Positions 10,508 through 20,173 of a DNA stretch of 64,000 nucleotides are shown in pieces (the stretch's first letter is position 1; the number at the start of each line of letters is the position of its first letter). Source of the DNA: an uncultured Chloroflexia bacterium (lineage in GTDB: Bacteria > Chloroflexota > Limnocylindria > Limnocylindrales > CSP1-4); contig CAVQJC010000004.1 in assembly GCA_963712745.1 (NCBI GenBank), positions 160,001-224,000 on the forward strand, written 5' to 3'. The notes beneath the pieces are model-generated. The model was not told where the DNA came from. It saw only the letters and a list, made by a program, of their open reading frames with translations, and did not search any database. Made by a program: the position numbers and the translations under genes.

Positions 10508-11512
10508 TCATCGACCGGGCACCTCGGAGAGATCGACGACCCGTCCCTCGCGCGCTGAGAGCGCCAGTGCCGACGCGAGTCGCAGCGCCTCGACCCCGTC
10601 GCGAGCTGTGCACGGGCTGACCCGCTCTCCGCGAGCGACGTCGACGAAGGCGATCAGTTCGTCTTGGTAGCCCTGTGCCCAGCGGTCAAGGAAGTCACGC
10701 CACGGCGGTCCGCCCGATGGCGACGCGGCCGTCTCCAGCGAGCGCAACGGTGTGCGGGGGCCAAGACCGACGGCCACGCTGTCACGCGACCCGAAGATCT
10801 CGGTGCGTACGTCGTGGCCCAGCGGGTCGTGGCGTGCCCAGGTTGCCGTCACTGGCGTGCCGTCAGCGAGCTTGATCACGGCCACGGCGTTGGCGTAGTC
10901 CTGGTACGTCTCGTACAGCGGAAAGCCTCGAGCGTTGCCGAGGCAGTAGACCTCCTCAGCCTCCAGCGCAGTGAGAAAACGCAGGGCGTCGAGGTCGTGG
11001 GTGGATTGATCGCGGAACATCCCCCCGGACGAGGCGACGTACGCCTCGGATGCGGGCGCTGGATCGTGGCAGCGCATCGAGATCGAATGGATGTCGCCGA
11101 TCTCGCCGCTCTCCACGAGCCTGCGCGCCTCCACATGCGCCGGGTCGAAGCGACGTTGGAACCCCAGGTGGAAGGGAACGGCGCTCGCCTCGACATCGAG
11201 CATGACCGCGATCGACTCCTCCAGCGAGGCCGCTAGTGGCTTCTCGCAGAACGTCGGGAGCTTGCGCTCGATCGCCGCCCGGATAAGCGCCGCATGGTCG
11301 GTGGTGGAAGCGGCGATGACCACCGCGTCGGCCTGCTCCATGGCCGCATCCACGGCCCCGACGTGCTCGAGCCCGAGCTCGGCTGCGACGTCAGCCGCGC
11401 GCTGGGGCACGAGGTCGGTGATGCTGACGCTCTCGATGGCTGCCGAGGAGAGCAGCGTGCGCGCATGCAGTGGACCGATCCTGCCGGCACCGAAGATCGC
11501 CACTCGCATCAC
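10508..11512 (-). CDS. Second Gfo/Idh/MocA inositol dehydrogenase-like oxidoreductase
   Basis: FGAGRIG, CEKP, GFQRRFD and SGGMFRD..THD motifs. Confidence 0.85.
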   Translation of the reverse strand: MMRVAIFGAGRIGPLHARTLLSSAAIESVSITDLVPQRAADVAAELGLEHVGAVDAAMEQADAVVIAASTTDHAALIRAAIERKLPTFCEKPLAASLEESIAVMLDVEASAVPFHLGFQRRFDPAHVEARRLVESGEIGDIHSISMRCHDPAPASEAYVASSGGMFRDQSTHDLDALRFLTALEAEEVYCLGNARGFPLYETYQDYANAVAVIKLADGTPVTATWARHDPLGHDVRTEIFGSRDSVAVGLGPRTPLRSLETAASPSGGPPWRDFLDRWAQGYQDELIAFVDVARGERVSPCTARDGVEALRLASALALSAREGRVVDLSEVPGR

Positions 11513-11583
11513 GACTCCTCCTTCGCGGTCGCTCGCCCGGCGGCGAATGGTACAGCGCGCAAGGCCACACCTGCCCTACGTGA

Positions 11584-12645
11584 TCACGACCGGCGGTCCG
11601 CCCGAGGCGGTGCGGTCGACTCCCGGGCGACGAGCTCGACGGGCAGCCGACGGGTCTCGCCCGACGCCCGGTCCGCGGTGCTGGCCGCTGGCTCCCGCCC
11701 GGCCGCGATCCGCTCGTACAGGCTCTCCACGGCCCAGCGGCCCATCTCCGTCGTGGCTTGGCGGATGGTTGTCAGGGCCGGATACATATAGGCCGCGATC
11801 TCTATGTCGTCGAAGCCCATGACGCTGACGTCGTGGGGCACCTCCCGGCCCTCTGCACGGAGGCCGCGGATGGCGCCGACGGCGGTGAGGTCGTTGTAGC
11901 AGAGCAGCGCGGTCGTCCCCGGGTGCAGCTCCATCGCCCGATGGGCCGCACCAGAGCCGCCTTCCGCGCCAGCCTCTGCCGCGATGACCGCAAGCGGTCG
12001 TTGCACACCCAGCCGGCGCAACCCGGCTACGGCACCCTCAAGACGCTCCGCAGCGGCACGGTTGTCCTCGCTCGGAGCGGTGATGTAGACCAGGTGCTCA
12101 TGCCCAAGAGCGAGGAGATGTCCGACGGCGATGCGCCCGCCTTCCACGTTGTCTGAGACGACTGCTGGGACGGCAGCCAAGGTCGACTCACTGTTGACGA
12201 TGACGACGGGGCAGGGGAGTTCGCGGATGCGTTCGCGGTGGCGAGCGCTGAGCTCTGAACTGGCGATGATGAGCCCATCGACTTCCCGCTCGGCGAGCAG
12301 ATCCAATGACTCGAGTTCGCGCTCCGGATCGCGGCGCCCATCGGCCAGCAGCACGGAGTGCCCACGCTCGCGAGCCGCGTCCTCGATGGCCCTGACGATC
12401 TGAGGGAAGTAGGGGTTCTCGATGTCCGTGACGATGAGACCGATGGTGCGGGTGCTGCGCAGCTTCAGCGAACGGGCCACGCCCGACGGCCGATAGCGCA
12501 GGGCGTTCGCTGCCTCTTCCACTCGCGCCCGGGTTGCCGGGTCGACGTTGGCGCTGCGGCGCAGGGTGCGACTGACCGTGGCGGTCGAAACGTCCGCGAG
12601 CGCAGCCACCTCACGGATCGTGGCAGCCTTTCCCTCTCGTACCAT
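11584..12645 (-). CDS. LacI-family transcriptional regulator (probable iol repressor)
   Basis: TIREVAALADVSTATVSR HTH; GFDD and LTTIRQ in the sensor domain. Confidence 0.93.
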   Translation of the reverse strand: MVREGKAATIREVAALADVSTATVSRTLRRSANVDPATRARVEEAANALRYRPSGVARSLKLRSTRTIGLIVTDIENPYFPQIVRAIEDAARERGHSVLLADGRRDPERELESLDLLAEREVDGLIIASSELSARHRERIRELPCPVVIVNSESTLAAVPAVVSDNVEGGRIAVGHLLALGHEHLVYITAPSEDNRAAAERLEGAVAGLRRLGVQRPLAVIAAEAGAEGGSGAAHRAMELHPGTTALLCYNDLTAVGAIRGLRAEGREVPHDVSVMGFDDIEIAAYMYPALTTIRQATTEMGRWAVESLYERIAAGREPAASTADRASGETRRLPVELVARESTAPPRADRRS

Positions 12646-12679
12646 CGTGTCCCCCGAGGCGTCGAGGTGGCGGATGCCT

Positions 12680-12691
12680 GTAATCGTTTAC
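12680..12691. promoter_or_regulatory. LacI operator-like palindrome between divergent lacI and iolB
   Basis: GTAATCGTTTAC (GTAA-n-CG-n-TTAC); TATGAT -10-like box at 12703-12708. Confidence 0.6.
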
Positions 12692-12794
12692 CTCGTTCGA
12701 CGTATGATGACCCTACGGCGCTCGTGTTGTCACGTGCACCGTGCCGATATGCGCTCTTTGGCGATCACACGGCAGGACAGAGCGGAGTGGGTCG

Positions 12795-13616
12795 TTGAGC
12801 GAACGCCTTCACCTCAAAGCAGGGGACCCAGCGAACGGGCCGGTGCATGCCATCACGCCCGAGGTCGCCGGCTGGCAGTTCGTCAGCTTCTTCGATCACC
12901 GGCTCGGCGCAGGTGGGACGGTCCATCGCCCCGCGGCGGACGTGGAGCGAGCGGTCGTCGTCCTCGAGGGGAGCGCCACGGTGCGCGCTGGCAGCGACCG
13001 TTGGAGCTCGCTCGGGAGCCGTCAGAGCGTCTTCGACGGCCCGGCGCCGCCGGTCCTACTGCTGGAACCGGGCCTCGACCTGGCCGTCGAGGCTGAGCAG
13101 CCAACGAGCCTCATCGTGGCCGAGGCGCCCGCCGCCGAGGTCCGGCGCACACGGCTCTTCGAACCGGCGGACATCTTCGTGGAGACCCGCGGCTCGGGTA
13201 TCACCGAGCGGACGATCCACCATCTGCTGCCGCCGTCGGTAGAGGCTGGCCGGCTCATCCTCTTCGAGGTCTTCACCCCCGGCGGCAACTGGTCGAGCTA
13301 TCCGCCGCACAAGCATGACACCGAGGACCCGCCGCGCGAGGCCTATCTCGAGGAGCTCTACTACTACCGCTTCAAGCGCCCCGAGGGCTGGGGCTTCGCT
13401 CGCGTCTACACCCCGGACCGATCGCTCGACGTCTCGTTCGCGCCCACCGACAGCGACGTCGTACTGGTGCCGCGCGGCTACCATCCCTTCGGCGCTCCCG
13501 CAGGCTATGACGCGTACTACCTCAACGTGATGGCCGGCCATCACCGTGCCTGGCACTTCACGGTCGACCCCGACCACGCCTGGTTGATGGACTGGGACCC
13601 GAACCTGCCCAGATGA
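12795..13616 (+). CDS. iolB: 5-deoxy-glucuronate isomerase
   Basis: GNWSSYPPHKHD, LEELYYY, PRGYHP and YYLNVMAG signatures. Confidence 0.93.
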   Translation: MSERLHLKAGDPANGPVHAITPEVAGWQFVSFFDHRLGAGGTVHRPAADVERAVVVLEGSATVRAGSDRWSSLGSRQSVFDGPAPPVLLLEPGLDLAVEAEQPTSLIVAEAPAAEVRRTRLFEPADIFVETRGSGITERTIHHLLPPSVEAGRLILFEVFTPGGNWSSYPPHKHDTEDPPREAYLEELYYYRFKRPEGWGFARVYTPDRSLDVSFAPTDSDVVLVPRGYHPFGAPAGYDAYYLNVMAGHHRAWHFTVDPDHAWLMDWDPNLPR

Positions 13617-13635
13617 CACCCCAAGGAGAGCACCC

Positions 13636-14718
13636 ATGACGACGCCCACCCCGCTGCAGCGCACCGCGAGCGAGTTCCCGACCGATTACTGGAACGACTC
13701 GTGCAACGAGAGCGAGCTCCGCTACGCCATGGAGAACGGCGCAGTGGGCGCGACCACCAACCCCACCATCGTGGGCACGGTGATGCAGCAGGAGTACGAC
13801 ATCTGGGCTCCCCGAGTAAGGGAGATCGCCGCGCAGAACCCGACCTGGACCGACCAGCAGGTCACCTGGCAGGTCATCGAGGAGATGGCCATCCGCGGCT
13901 GGAAGATGCTCGAGCCGATCTGGAAAGCCAATCACGGCCAGAAGGGGCGTCTCTCCATCCAGATCGACCCGACGCTCAACCGCTCCGTCGACAAGATGGT
14001 CGAGCAGGCGCGCCACTTCGACACCCTCGCGCCCAACGTGCAGATCAAGTTCCCGGCCGTCAAGGCGGGCATCGAGGCCATGGAGCTCGTGACCGAAGAA
14101 GGCCTCAACATCAACGCCACGGTCTCGTTCACCGTGGCCCAGGCACTGGCAGTCGGCGAGGCCATGGAGCGAGCCCTGGCCAAGCGCGAGGCGGCAGGCC
14201 ACGACACATCGTGGATGGCACCGGTGTGCACCATCATGATCGGCCGCACCGACGACTGGGTGAAGGTCTACAACAAGCGCGAGGGCATCACGGTCGACCC
14301 GGCCGCTCCGGACTGGGCCGGCATCGCCGTGTTCAAGCGGGCGGCAGCCATCTTCCGCGAGCGCGGCTATCGCACGCGACTGCTGGCGGCCGCCTACCGG
14401 CATCACCTGCACTGGTCGGAACTCATCGGCGGCGATGTCTCGATGACCATCCCCTACGGCTGGCAGCGTCTGTTCAACGACTCTGCGGTGGAGGTCACTG
14501 ACCGCTGGGAGGACCCCGTGCCCGAAGCCTACGTGCGGGAGCTCAGCGAGCGCTGCCCGGAGTTCGTCAAGGCCTATGAACCCGAGGGGCTGGCTGTCGA
14601 CGAGTTCGCAGCCTACGGCGCGACAGCGCGCACGCTGCGTTCGTTCGTGTCGTCCTACTGGGAGCTGGTGGGAACCATCGACGACCTCCTCATCCCCGAC
14701 CCGGACGTCAAGTCCTAG
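13636..14718 (+). CDS. Transaldolase-family protein (atypical active site)
   Basis: WNDS, ATTNPTI, Schiff-base Lys in IKFPA, INATVSF. Confidence 0.85.
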   Translation: MTTPTPLQRTASEFPTDYWNDSCNESELRYAMENGAVGATTNPTIVGTVMQQEYDIWAPRVREIAAQNPTWTDQQVTWQVIEEMAIRGWKMLEPIWKANHGQKGRLSIQIDPTLNRSVDKMVEQARHFDTLAPNVQIKFPAVKAGIEAMELVTEEGLNINATVSFTVAQALAVGEAMERALAKREAAGHDTSWMAPVCTIMIGRTDDWVKVYNKREGITVDPAAPDWAGIAVFKRAAAIFRERGYRTRLLAAAYRHHLHWSELIGGDVSMTIPYGWQRLFNDSAVEVTDRWEDPVPEAYVRELSERCPEFVKAYEPEGLAVDEFAAYGATARTLRSFVSSYWELVGTIDDLLIPDPDVKS

Positions 14719-14769
14719 CCACCCCCATCAGACACGCGGCGGACAAGGAACAAGCGAGGAGGTAGCGAC

Positions 14770-16641
14770 ATGCCACGAGCGACCGTTGCCCAGGCCATCG
14801 TGACCTGGCTGGCCAACCAGTACGTCGAGCGCGACGGCGAGCGAGGGCGTTTCTTCGAGGGTGTCTTCGGCATCTTCGGTCACGGCATCGTGGCTGGCCT
14901 GGGCGAAGCCCTCGAGGCAGCCCAGGACGACGTGCGCTACTACCAGGCCCGCAACGAGCAGGCCATGGTGCACACCGCCGCCGCCTACGCCAAGCAGTCG
15001 AAGCGACTGCGCACGTTCGCCTGCACCACCTCGATCGGACCGGGCGCGACCAACCTCGCCACCGGGGCGGCCAACGCCACGGTCAACCGTTTGCCGGTGC
15101 TGCTGCTGCCCGGCGACCGCTTCGCCACGCGCCGGGTCAAGCCGGTGCTGCAACAGCTCGAACGCCCTGAGGTGGGCGACGTCAGCGCCAATGACGTGCT
15201 CCGCCCGGTCTCGCGCTATTTCGATCGCATCGAGCGCCCCGAGATGCTCATCGATGCCCTGCCCCAGGCCATGCGGGTGCTGACCTCGCCGGCCGAGACC
15301 GGTGCCGTCACCCTGGCCTTGCCGCAGGATGTGCAGGCCGAGGCCTGGGACTGGCCCGAACGGCTGCTGGAGCCGCGTGTCTGGGCCATCCCGCGGCCCC
15401 GACCCGACGCCGATCTCGTGGCTGCCGCGGCCGACCTCATCGCCACTGCCGAGCGGCCGATGATCGTGGTCGGGGGCGGGGTCGTCTACAGCGACGCGGC
15501 CGACGCCCTCGATGGCCTCGCGAGCCGTTTCGACATCCCGTTCACCGAGACCCAGGCAGGTAAGGGCGCGCTGCGCTGGGATCACCCCATGAACCTGGGC
15601 CCCATCGGCTCCACGGGCGGCAGCGCCGGCAACGCGGTCGCCCACGACGCCGACGTGGTCATCGCCATCGGCACTCGACTGTCCGACTTCCCGACCATGA
15701 GCTGGTCGGCCTGGCAGGACCCGGGCGTCCGCTTCGTGGCCATCAACGTGGCCGAGTTCGACGCGCACAAGGCCGCGGCGCTTCCGCTCGTGGGCGACGC
15801 CAGAGCTGCCATCCTCGAACTCCACGCCGCTCTCGACGCCCGCGGCTGGTTGGGAGCCGCTCCCGAGCGCCGTGAGCGTCTCGATCGGCTCCGCCGTGAG
15901 TGGCACGACGAGGTCGACCGCGTGCGCCATCTCGCGGCGGACATACACGTCTCCCAGCCGGAGGCCATCCGGCTCGTGAACGAGGCCCTCGGCGACGACG
16001 GCATCGTGGTCTGTGCGGCCGGCGGCCTGCCCGGCGACATGTACAAGCTGTGGCGTCCGGAGACCCCCGGCAGCTACCACATGGAGTACGGCAACTCGAC
16101 CATGGGCTATGAGATCGCCGGTGGCCTCGGCGTGGCCATGGCCGAGCCCGCCCGGCGAGTGCACGTGATGGTCGGCGATGGCTCATACCTGATGCTCTCG
16201 AGCGAGATCCTCACCGCGCGCCAGGAAGGTGTGGCGCTCACCATCGTGCTGCTCGACAACCACGGCTATCGCTGCATCCGCAACCTGTCGGGCGCCTGCG
16301 GTGGCGAGAACCCCTTCAACGACTTCCGCGCCCGTGACCCGCAGACCGGCACCTTCACCGGCGAAGTGCTGCCCATCGACTTCGCGGCCAACGCGGCCAG
16401 CCTGGGAGCGGTGGTCTTCAGCGCGGCCACCCCCGCAGAGCTGGAGGCGGCCCTGCGCGCGGCCCGGGCGGTCACCGACGGACCGGCGGTCATCGTCGTC
16501 GAGACGAACCCTGAGCCGGGGGTGCCGGCCTACGACAGCTGGTGGGACGTGCCCGTGGCGGAGGTCTCGACGTCCAAGCGTGTGCGCAAGGCGCGCACGG
16601 AGTACGAAGCCAACCTGGCCAGAGAGCGCACGTTCGTATAG
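14770..16641 (+). CDS. iolD: THcHDO hydrolase (decyclizing), TPP-dependent
   Basis: GIFGHG, NEQAMVH, AAGGLPGD, YHMEYG.S.MGYE, GDGSY and SWWDVPV motifs. Confidence 0.95.
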   Translation: MPRATVAQAIVTWLANQYVERDGERGRFFEGVFGIFGHGIVAGLGEALEAAQDDVRYYQARNEQAMVHTAAAYAKQSKRLRTFACTTSIGPGATNLATGAANATVNRLPVLLLPGDRFATRRVKPVLQQLERPEVGDVSANDVLRPVSRYFDRIERPEMLIDALPQAMRVLTSPAETGAVTLALPQDVQAEAWDWPERLLEPRVWAIPRPRPDADLVAAAADLIATAERPMIVVGGGVVYSDAADALDGLASRFDIPFTETQAGKGALRWDHPMNLGPIGSTGGSAGNAVAHDADVVIAIGTRLSDFPTMSWSAWQDPGVRFVAINVAEFDAHKAAALPLVGDARAAILELHAALDARGWLGAAPERRERLDRLRREWHDEVDRVRHLAADIHVSQPEAIRLVNEALGDDGIVVCAAGGLPGDMYKLWRPETPGSYHMEYGNSTMGYEIAGGLGVAMAEPARRVHVMVGDGSYLMLSSEILTARQEGVALTIVLLDNHGYRCIRNLSGACGGENPFNDFRARDPQTGTFTGEVLPIDFAANAASLGAVVFSAATPAELEAALRAARAVTDGPAVIVVETNPEPGVPAYDSWWDVPVAEVSTSKRVRKARTEYEANLARERTFV

Positions 16642-16674
16642 GAAGGGCGAGCCGGTGATAGGGAGGGGGAGCCG

Positions 16675-17614
16675 ATCGATCTCGAACGACAAAGGGGCCA
16701 TCAAGGTCGCCGCTGCCCCGGTGTCCTGGGGCGTCTTCGAGCAGACCGAAGGTGACCCGCTGCAGTTGGAGCCGGAGCAGATGCTCGACCAGATGGCCGC
16801 GGCCGGCTATGCCGGGACCGAGCTGGGCCCGCCCGGCTACTTCGGCGACGCGGCGGAGCTCAAGGAGCGACTCGGCACGCGCGCACTCTCGCTGGTGGGC
16901 GCGTTCATGCCGCAACGGTTCAGCCGTGCGGAACACGCCCCGGCGGACCGCGACGCGATGATCGGCATCCTCGAGCTCATGGCCGAGGGACGCCCCGATG
17001 GCGTCATGCCCAAGGCCATCCTGGCGGACGCCTCGCTCGAGCCCGAGCGCATGCGCTGGGCGGGGACGATCCCCGAGCATCCCGAGGCGGCGCTGACGCC
17101 TCAGCGTTTCAGGCTGCTCATCGACAATCTCCATCGGGCTGGCGAGGCGTGCCGAGAGCGCGGCTTCGACCCCGTCCTCCATTTCCACGCGGCCAGCTAC
17201 ATCGAGTCGACCGCAGAGATCCACCAGGTCTTCGATGCGCTCGACACATCGCTCGTGGGCATGTGCCTCGACACCGGGCACGCCCTCTTCGGCGGTGCCG
17301 ACCCACTCGCCTTGCTGAACGACTACTTCGACATCGTCCGGCACGTCCACATCAAGGACTGTGATCTGGCCGTCCTCAACGAGGTGAGTCAGTCCGGCGG
17401 CGGCATGATGGAGGCTTGGGACCGCGGGGTCTTCTGCGAACTGGGGCTGGGCACGGCGGGTCTGGACGGGTTCCTCGATGCGCTGAAGGAACGTCGCTGG
17501 GAAGGCTGGATGGTCGTCGAGCAGGACCGCTTCCTCAAGCCCGATGACACGCCTGAGGCGCTGCTTGAGCTGCACACGCGCAACCGGGAGTGGCTGGCCG
17601 AGCGCGGTCTCTAG
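16675..17614 (+). CDS. Second IolE-like TIM-barrel protein; start codon appears disrupted by +1 C (alternative GTG at 16655)
   Basis: APVSWGV, ELGPPG, CLDTGH, HIKD and VEQD motifs; strong RBS at 16661-16670 precedes AT[C]G-ATC. Confidence 0.75.
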
Positions 17615-17622
17615 CGCCATAC

Positions 17623-17655
17623 GAAGCGGCCCCGGGTCAGGCCCGAGGCCGCTTC
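17623..17655. terminator. Hairpin between convergent operons
   Basis: GAAGCGGCC...GGCCGCTTC inverted repeat. Confidence 0.55.
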
Positions 17656-17674
17656 CTGGTCCGGTGAGAGGGAC

Positions 17675-18640
17675 TTATTCGGCGAGGCTCGCGAGGAACT
17701 CGCTGGCTACGACGTCGATGTCCTCCTTGTCCACGGAGATGCGCACGCCGAGCTGGGTGAGCACCTCGGTCGTTAGCGCCTCGGAGACGGGGTCGAGGAT
17801 GGCTGCCACCGCGTCGGCACCGCCGTCGACCAGCTCGAGCACGTCGTTCCTGACGATGGGTACGATGTTGCCGCGAGGCTGGGTCTCGAGGTCGTCCGCG
17901 AGCACGACCCAGCCGTTCAGGGCGATGACCGGTTGCGTGGAGCACAGCCAGGCGACGTCGACGGCGCCGCCCTCGAGCGCGCCGGCCATGACGGGGCCAC
18001 AAGGCGCGATCAGATCGAGCTGGGCCGGCGGCCAGGCGATACCGTAGGCCTCCTCCAGCGCGATGCGACAGGCGGGGTTCGTCTCACAGTCCGGCGGCAG
18101 GCCGAAGCGCAGGCTCTGCTGGGCTGCGGCCAGGTCGCTCATGGCCGAGAGGTCGTACTCGTCGGCCGTCTCGGCGCGCACCACGGCGGCATTGGTGTCT
18201 TCGCCCGCCGTGGGCGCCAGGATGGTGGCACCCACGCCTCGCAGGTCGTAGACCTGCTGCAGGCTCGTGGCGTCAGTCTCGGTATTGCCACTCGACTCGA
18301 TGGCCGCGATGGCCTCGGCAGCGTCGGGAGCGCCGGTGTAGTACTCCAGGCCGAAGCCGACGTACTCGGGCATGAGGTTGATCTGGCCCGAGTCGAAGGC
18401 CGCTTCTCGGACCGGGCGGTCGCCCATGGCCAATCCGGCACGGTCGACGCTGAAGCCTCCGGCCTCGAGTGCCTGCGCATACAGTTCGCCCATCAGCTCC
18501 GCCTCAGCGAAGCCCTGGGTTCCGACGATGAAGACCGGGTCCTCCTGAGCGCTCACGATCGCGCCCCCACCCGCCGTTCCAGCGATCGCGAGCGATGCCA
18601 GGAGCGACGCCCCGAGGGCGAGTCTGCGGGTACTCCGCAT
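17675..18640 (-). CDS. Osmoprotectant (glycine betaine/choline) ABC substrate-binding protein
   Basis: VG...F.E.ELMGELYAQALEA and PEY motifs; signal peptide; operon context. Confidence 0.8.
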   Translation of the reverse strand: MRSTRRLALGASLLASLAIAGTAGGGAIVSAQEDPVFIVGTQGFAEAELMGELYAQALEAGGFSVDRAGLAMGDRPVREAAFDSGQINLMPEYVGFGLEYYTGAPDAAEAIAAIESSGNTETDATSLQQVYDLRGVGATILAPTAGEDTNAAVVRAETADEYDLSAMSDLAAAQQSLRFGLPPDCETNPACRIALEEAYGIAWPPAQLDLIAPCGPVMAGALEGGAVDVAWLCSTQPVIALNGWVVLADDLETQPRGNIVPIVRNDVLELVDGGADAVAAILDPVSEALTTEVLTQLGVRISVDKEDIDVVASEFLASLAE

Positions 18641-18753
18641 GGGTACCTCCCTTGTGCTTTTGGGCGACCGGGCGCCGTGCGGCGACTGCGATCACGCCAA
18701 ACCCTAGCGTAGCCCGTGCTCGATGGGTGTGATGAGCCTCACGAACGGGGGCC

Positions 18754-19503
18754 TCAGGCGGACTCGAGCTCCGAAATGGCCGCGCCCGCGCCGGAACCGA
18801 CCTGGCCGGTCGCGACGCGCACGCCTCGAGGGGTGAGGCGACGTTGCAGCCATGAGAGCAGCGCGTCGATACCGATGGCCAGCCCCGCGACGAGGAACAC
18901 ACCCCCGTATAACATGCCGTCGTCCCGGCGCGCGATGCCGTCGATGAGGTAGCGGCCCAGCCCGCCACCGGCCAGGAAAGCGCCGATGGTGGCCGTGGCG
19001 ATTACCTGCAGCAGGGCTACCCGGAAACCGCCGACCAGCACGGGCAGGGCCAGGGGTAGCTCCACAGCGGTGAGGAGCTGACGTTCGGTCAGGCCCATCC
19101 CGCGTGAGGACTCCTTCAGATCGGTGTCGACCTCCTGCAATCCGGCGTAGGCTGCCACGAGGATGGGTGGGATGGCCAGCAGCACCATGGCCAGGAAGAT
19201 GGGGAAGAAGCGCAGGCCGAGACGCGGGTCGTAGCCGAGCACCGGCGCCAGTCCGAGCATCACCGGCAACAGCATCACCATCACAGCGTACGAAGGGATG
19301 GCCCGCCCGATGTTGGCGATGTTGATGCCGAGCAGCTGCAGCCGGCCGGTGTGGCCGATGTACAAGCCCAGCGGGAGGGCGATAGCGGTAGCCGTCAATA
19401 CGGCCAGCAAGGAGATGGTGAGGTGCTCGACCAGCCGATTGGGGATGCCGGCCTCGCCCTGCCAGTTGGCCCCGTCGGCGAGGAAGGCCACGAGCTGCTC
19501 CAC
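18754..19503 (-). CDS. Osmoprotectant ABC permease
   Basis: RAIPS, EAA-like loop (ESSRGMG) and GGLG motifs. Confidence 0.88.
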   Translation of the reverse strand: MEQLVAFLADGANWQGEAGIPNRLVEHLTISLLAVLTATAIALPLGLYIGHTGRLQLLGINIANIGRAIPSYAVMVMLLPVMLGLAPVLGYDPRLGLRFFPIFLAMVLLAIPPILVAAYAGLQEVDTDLKESSRGMGLTERQLLTAVELPLALPVLVGGFRVALLQVIATATIGAFLAGGGLGRYLIDGIARRDDGMLYGGVFLVAGLAIGIDALLSWLQRRLTPRGVRVATGQVGSGAGAAISELESA

Positions 19504-19507
19504 GGCC

Positions 19508-20170
19508 CTACGGGCCCTCCGAGCGCGCGCGTGACCACGGCGTCAGAACTCGTTCGAGCCCGACGAGGAGGCCGTCAACCGCGAAGGCCAGGATGACCGA
19601 GCCGATGGCCCCGAGGTAGATCTTGGTATCGAAGTCATCGCGCAGCCCCTCGGTGATGAACTGGCCCAAGCCACCGAAGTTCCGTCCCCCGACGATGGCT
19701 GAGATGGTCACGAGGCCGATGGTCGTGACCGCGGCCACCCGCACTCCGGCCATGATCAGCGGGATGGCCAGGGGCAACTGCACGCGGAGCAGGCGCGATG
19801 TGTGGGTGTAGCCCATGGCGTCGGCGGCTTCGTTGACCTCTGGTGGGACCGAGCGCAGGCCGGCCACGGTGTTGACGTAGAGGATCAGCAGCGTGTAGGT
19901 CGCGAGCGGGATGATGGCCGTCATCAATGAGAGCCCCGTGATGGGGATGAGGATGGCGAAGGCGGCCAGGCTGGGGATGGTGTAGAGGAGGCCGGTCACC
20001 GCCGTGACCGGTCCCACCGTGCCCGGACGGCGCATGGCCAGCACGGCCAGGGCGAAGGCGATGACGAAACCGGCCACCATGGGGATGACCAGGAGCTGCA
20101 CGTGCTGCCACGTCTTGTCGGCGACGTCGTCGAGATGATCCGCGATCCAGTCCCAGCGGATCTCGATCAT
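19508..20170 (-). CDS. Osmoprotectant ABC permease
   Basis: YTIPSLA, EAADAMG and GGLG motifs. Confidence 0.88.
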   Translation of the reverse strand: MIEIRWDWIADHLDDVADKTWQHVQLLVIPMVAGFVIAFALAVLAMRRPGTVGPVTAVTGLLYTIPSLAAFAILIPITGLSLMTAIIPLATYTLLILYVNTVAGLRSVPPEVNEAADAMGYTHTSRLLRVQLPLAIPLIMAGVRVAAVTTIGLVTISAIVGGRNFGGLGQFITEGLRDDFDTKIYLGAIGSVILAFAVDGLLVGLERVLTPWSRARSEGP

Positions 20171-20173
20171 GAC

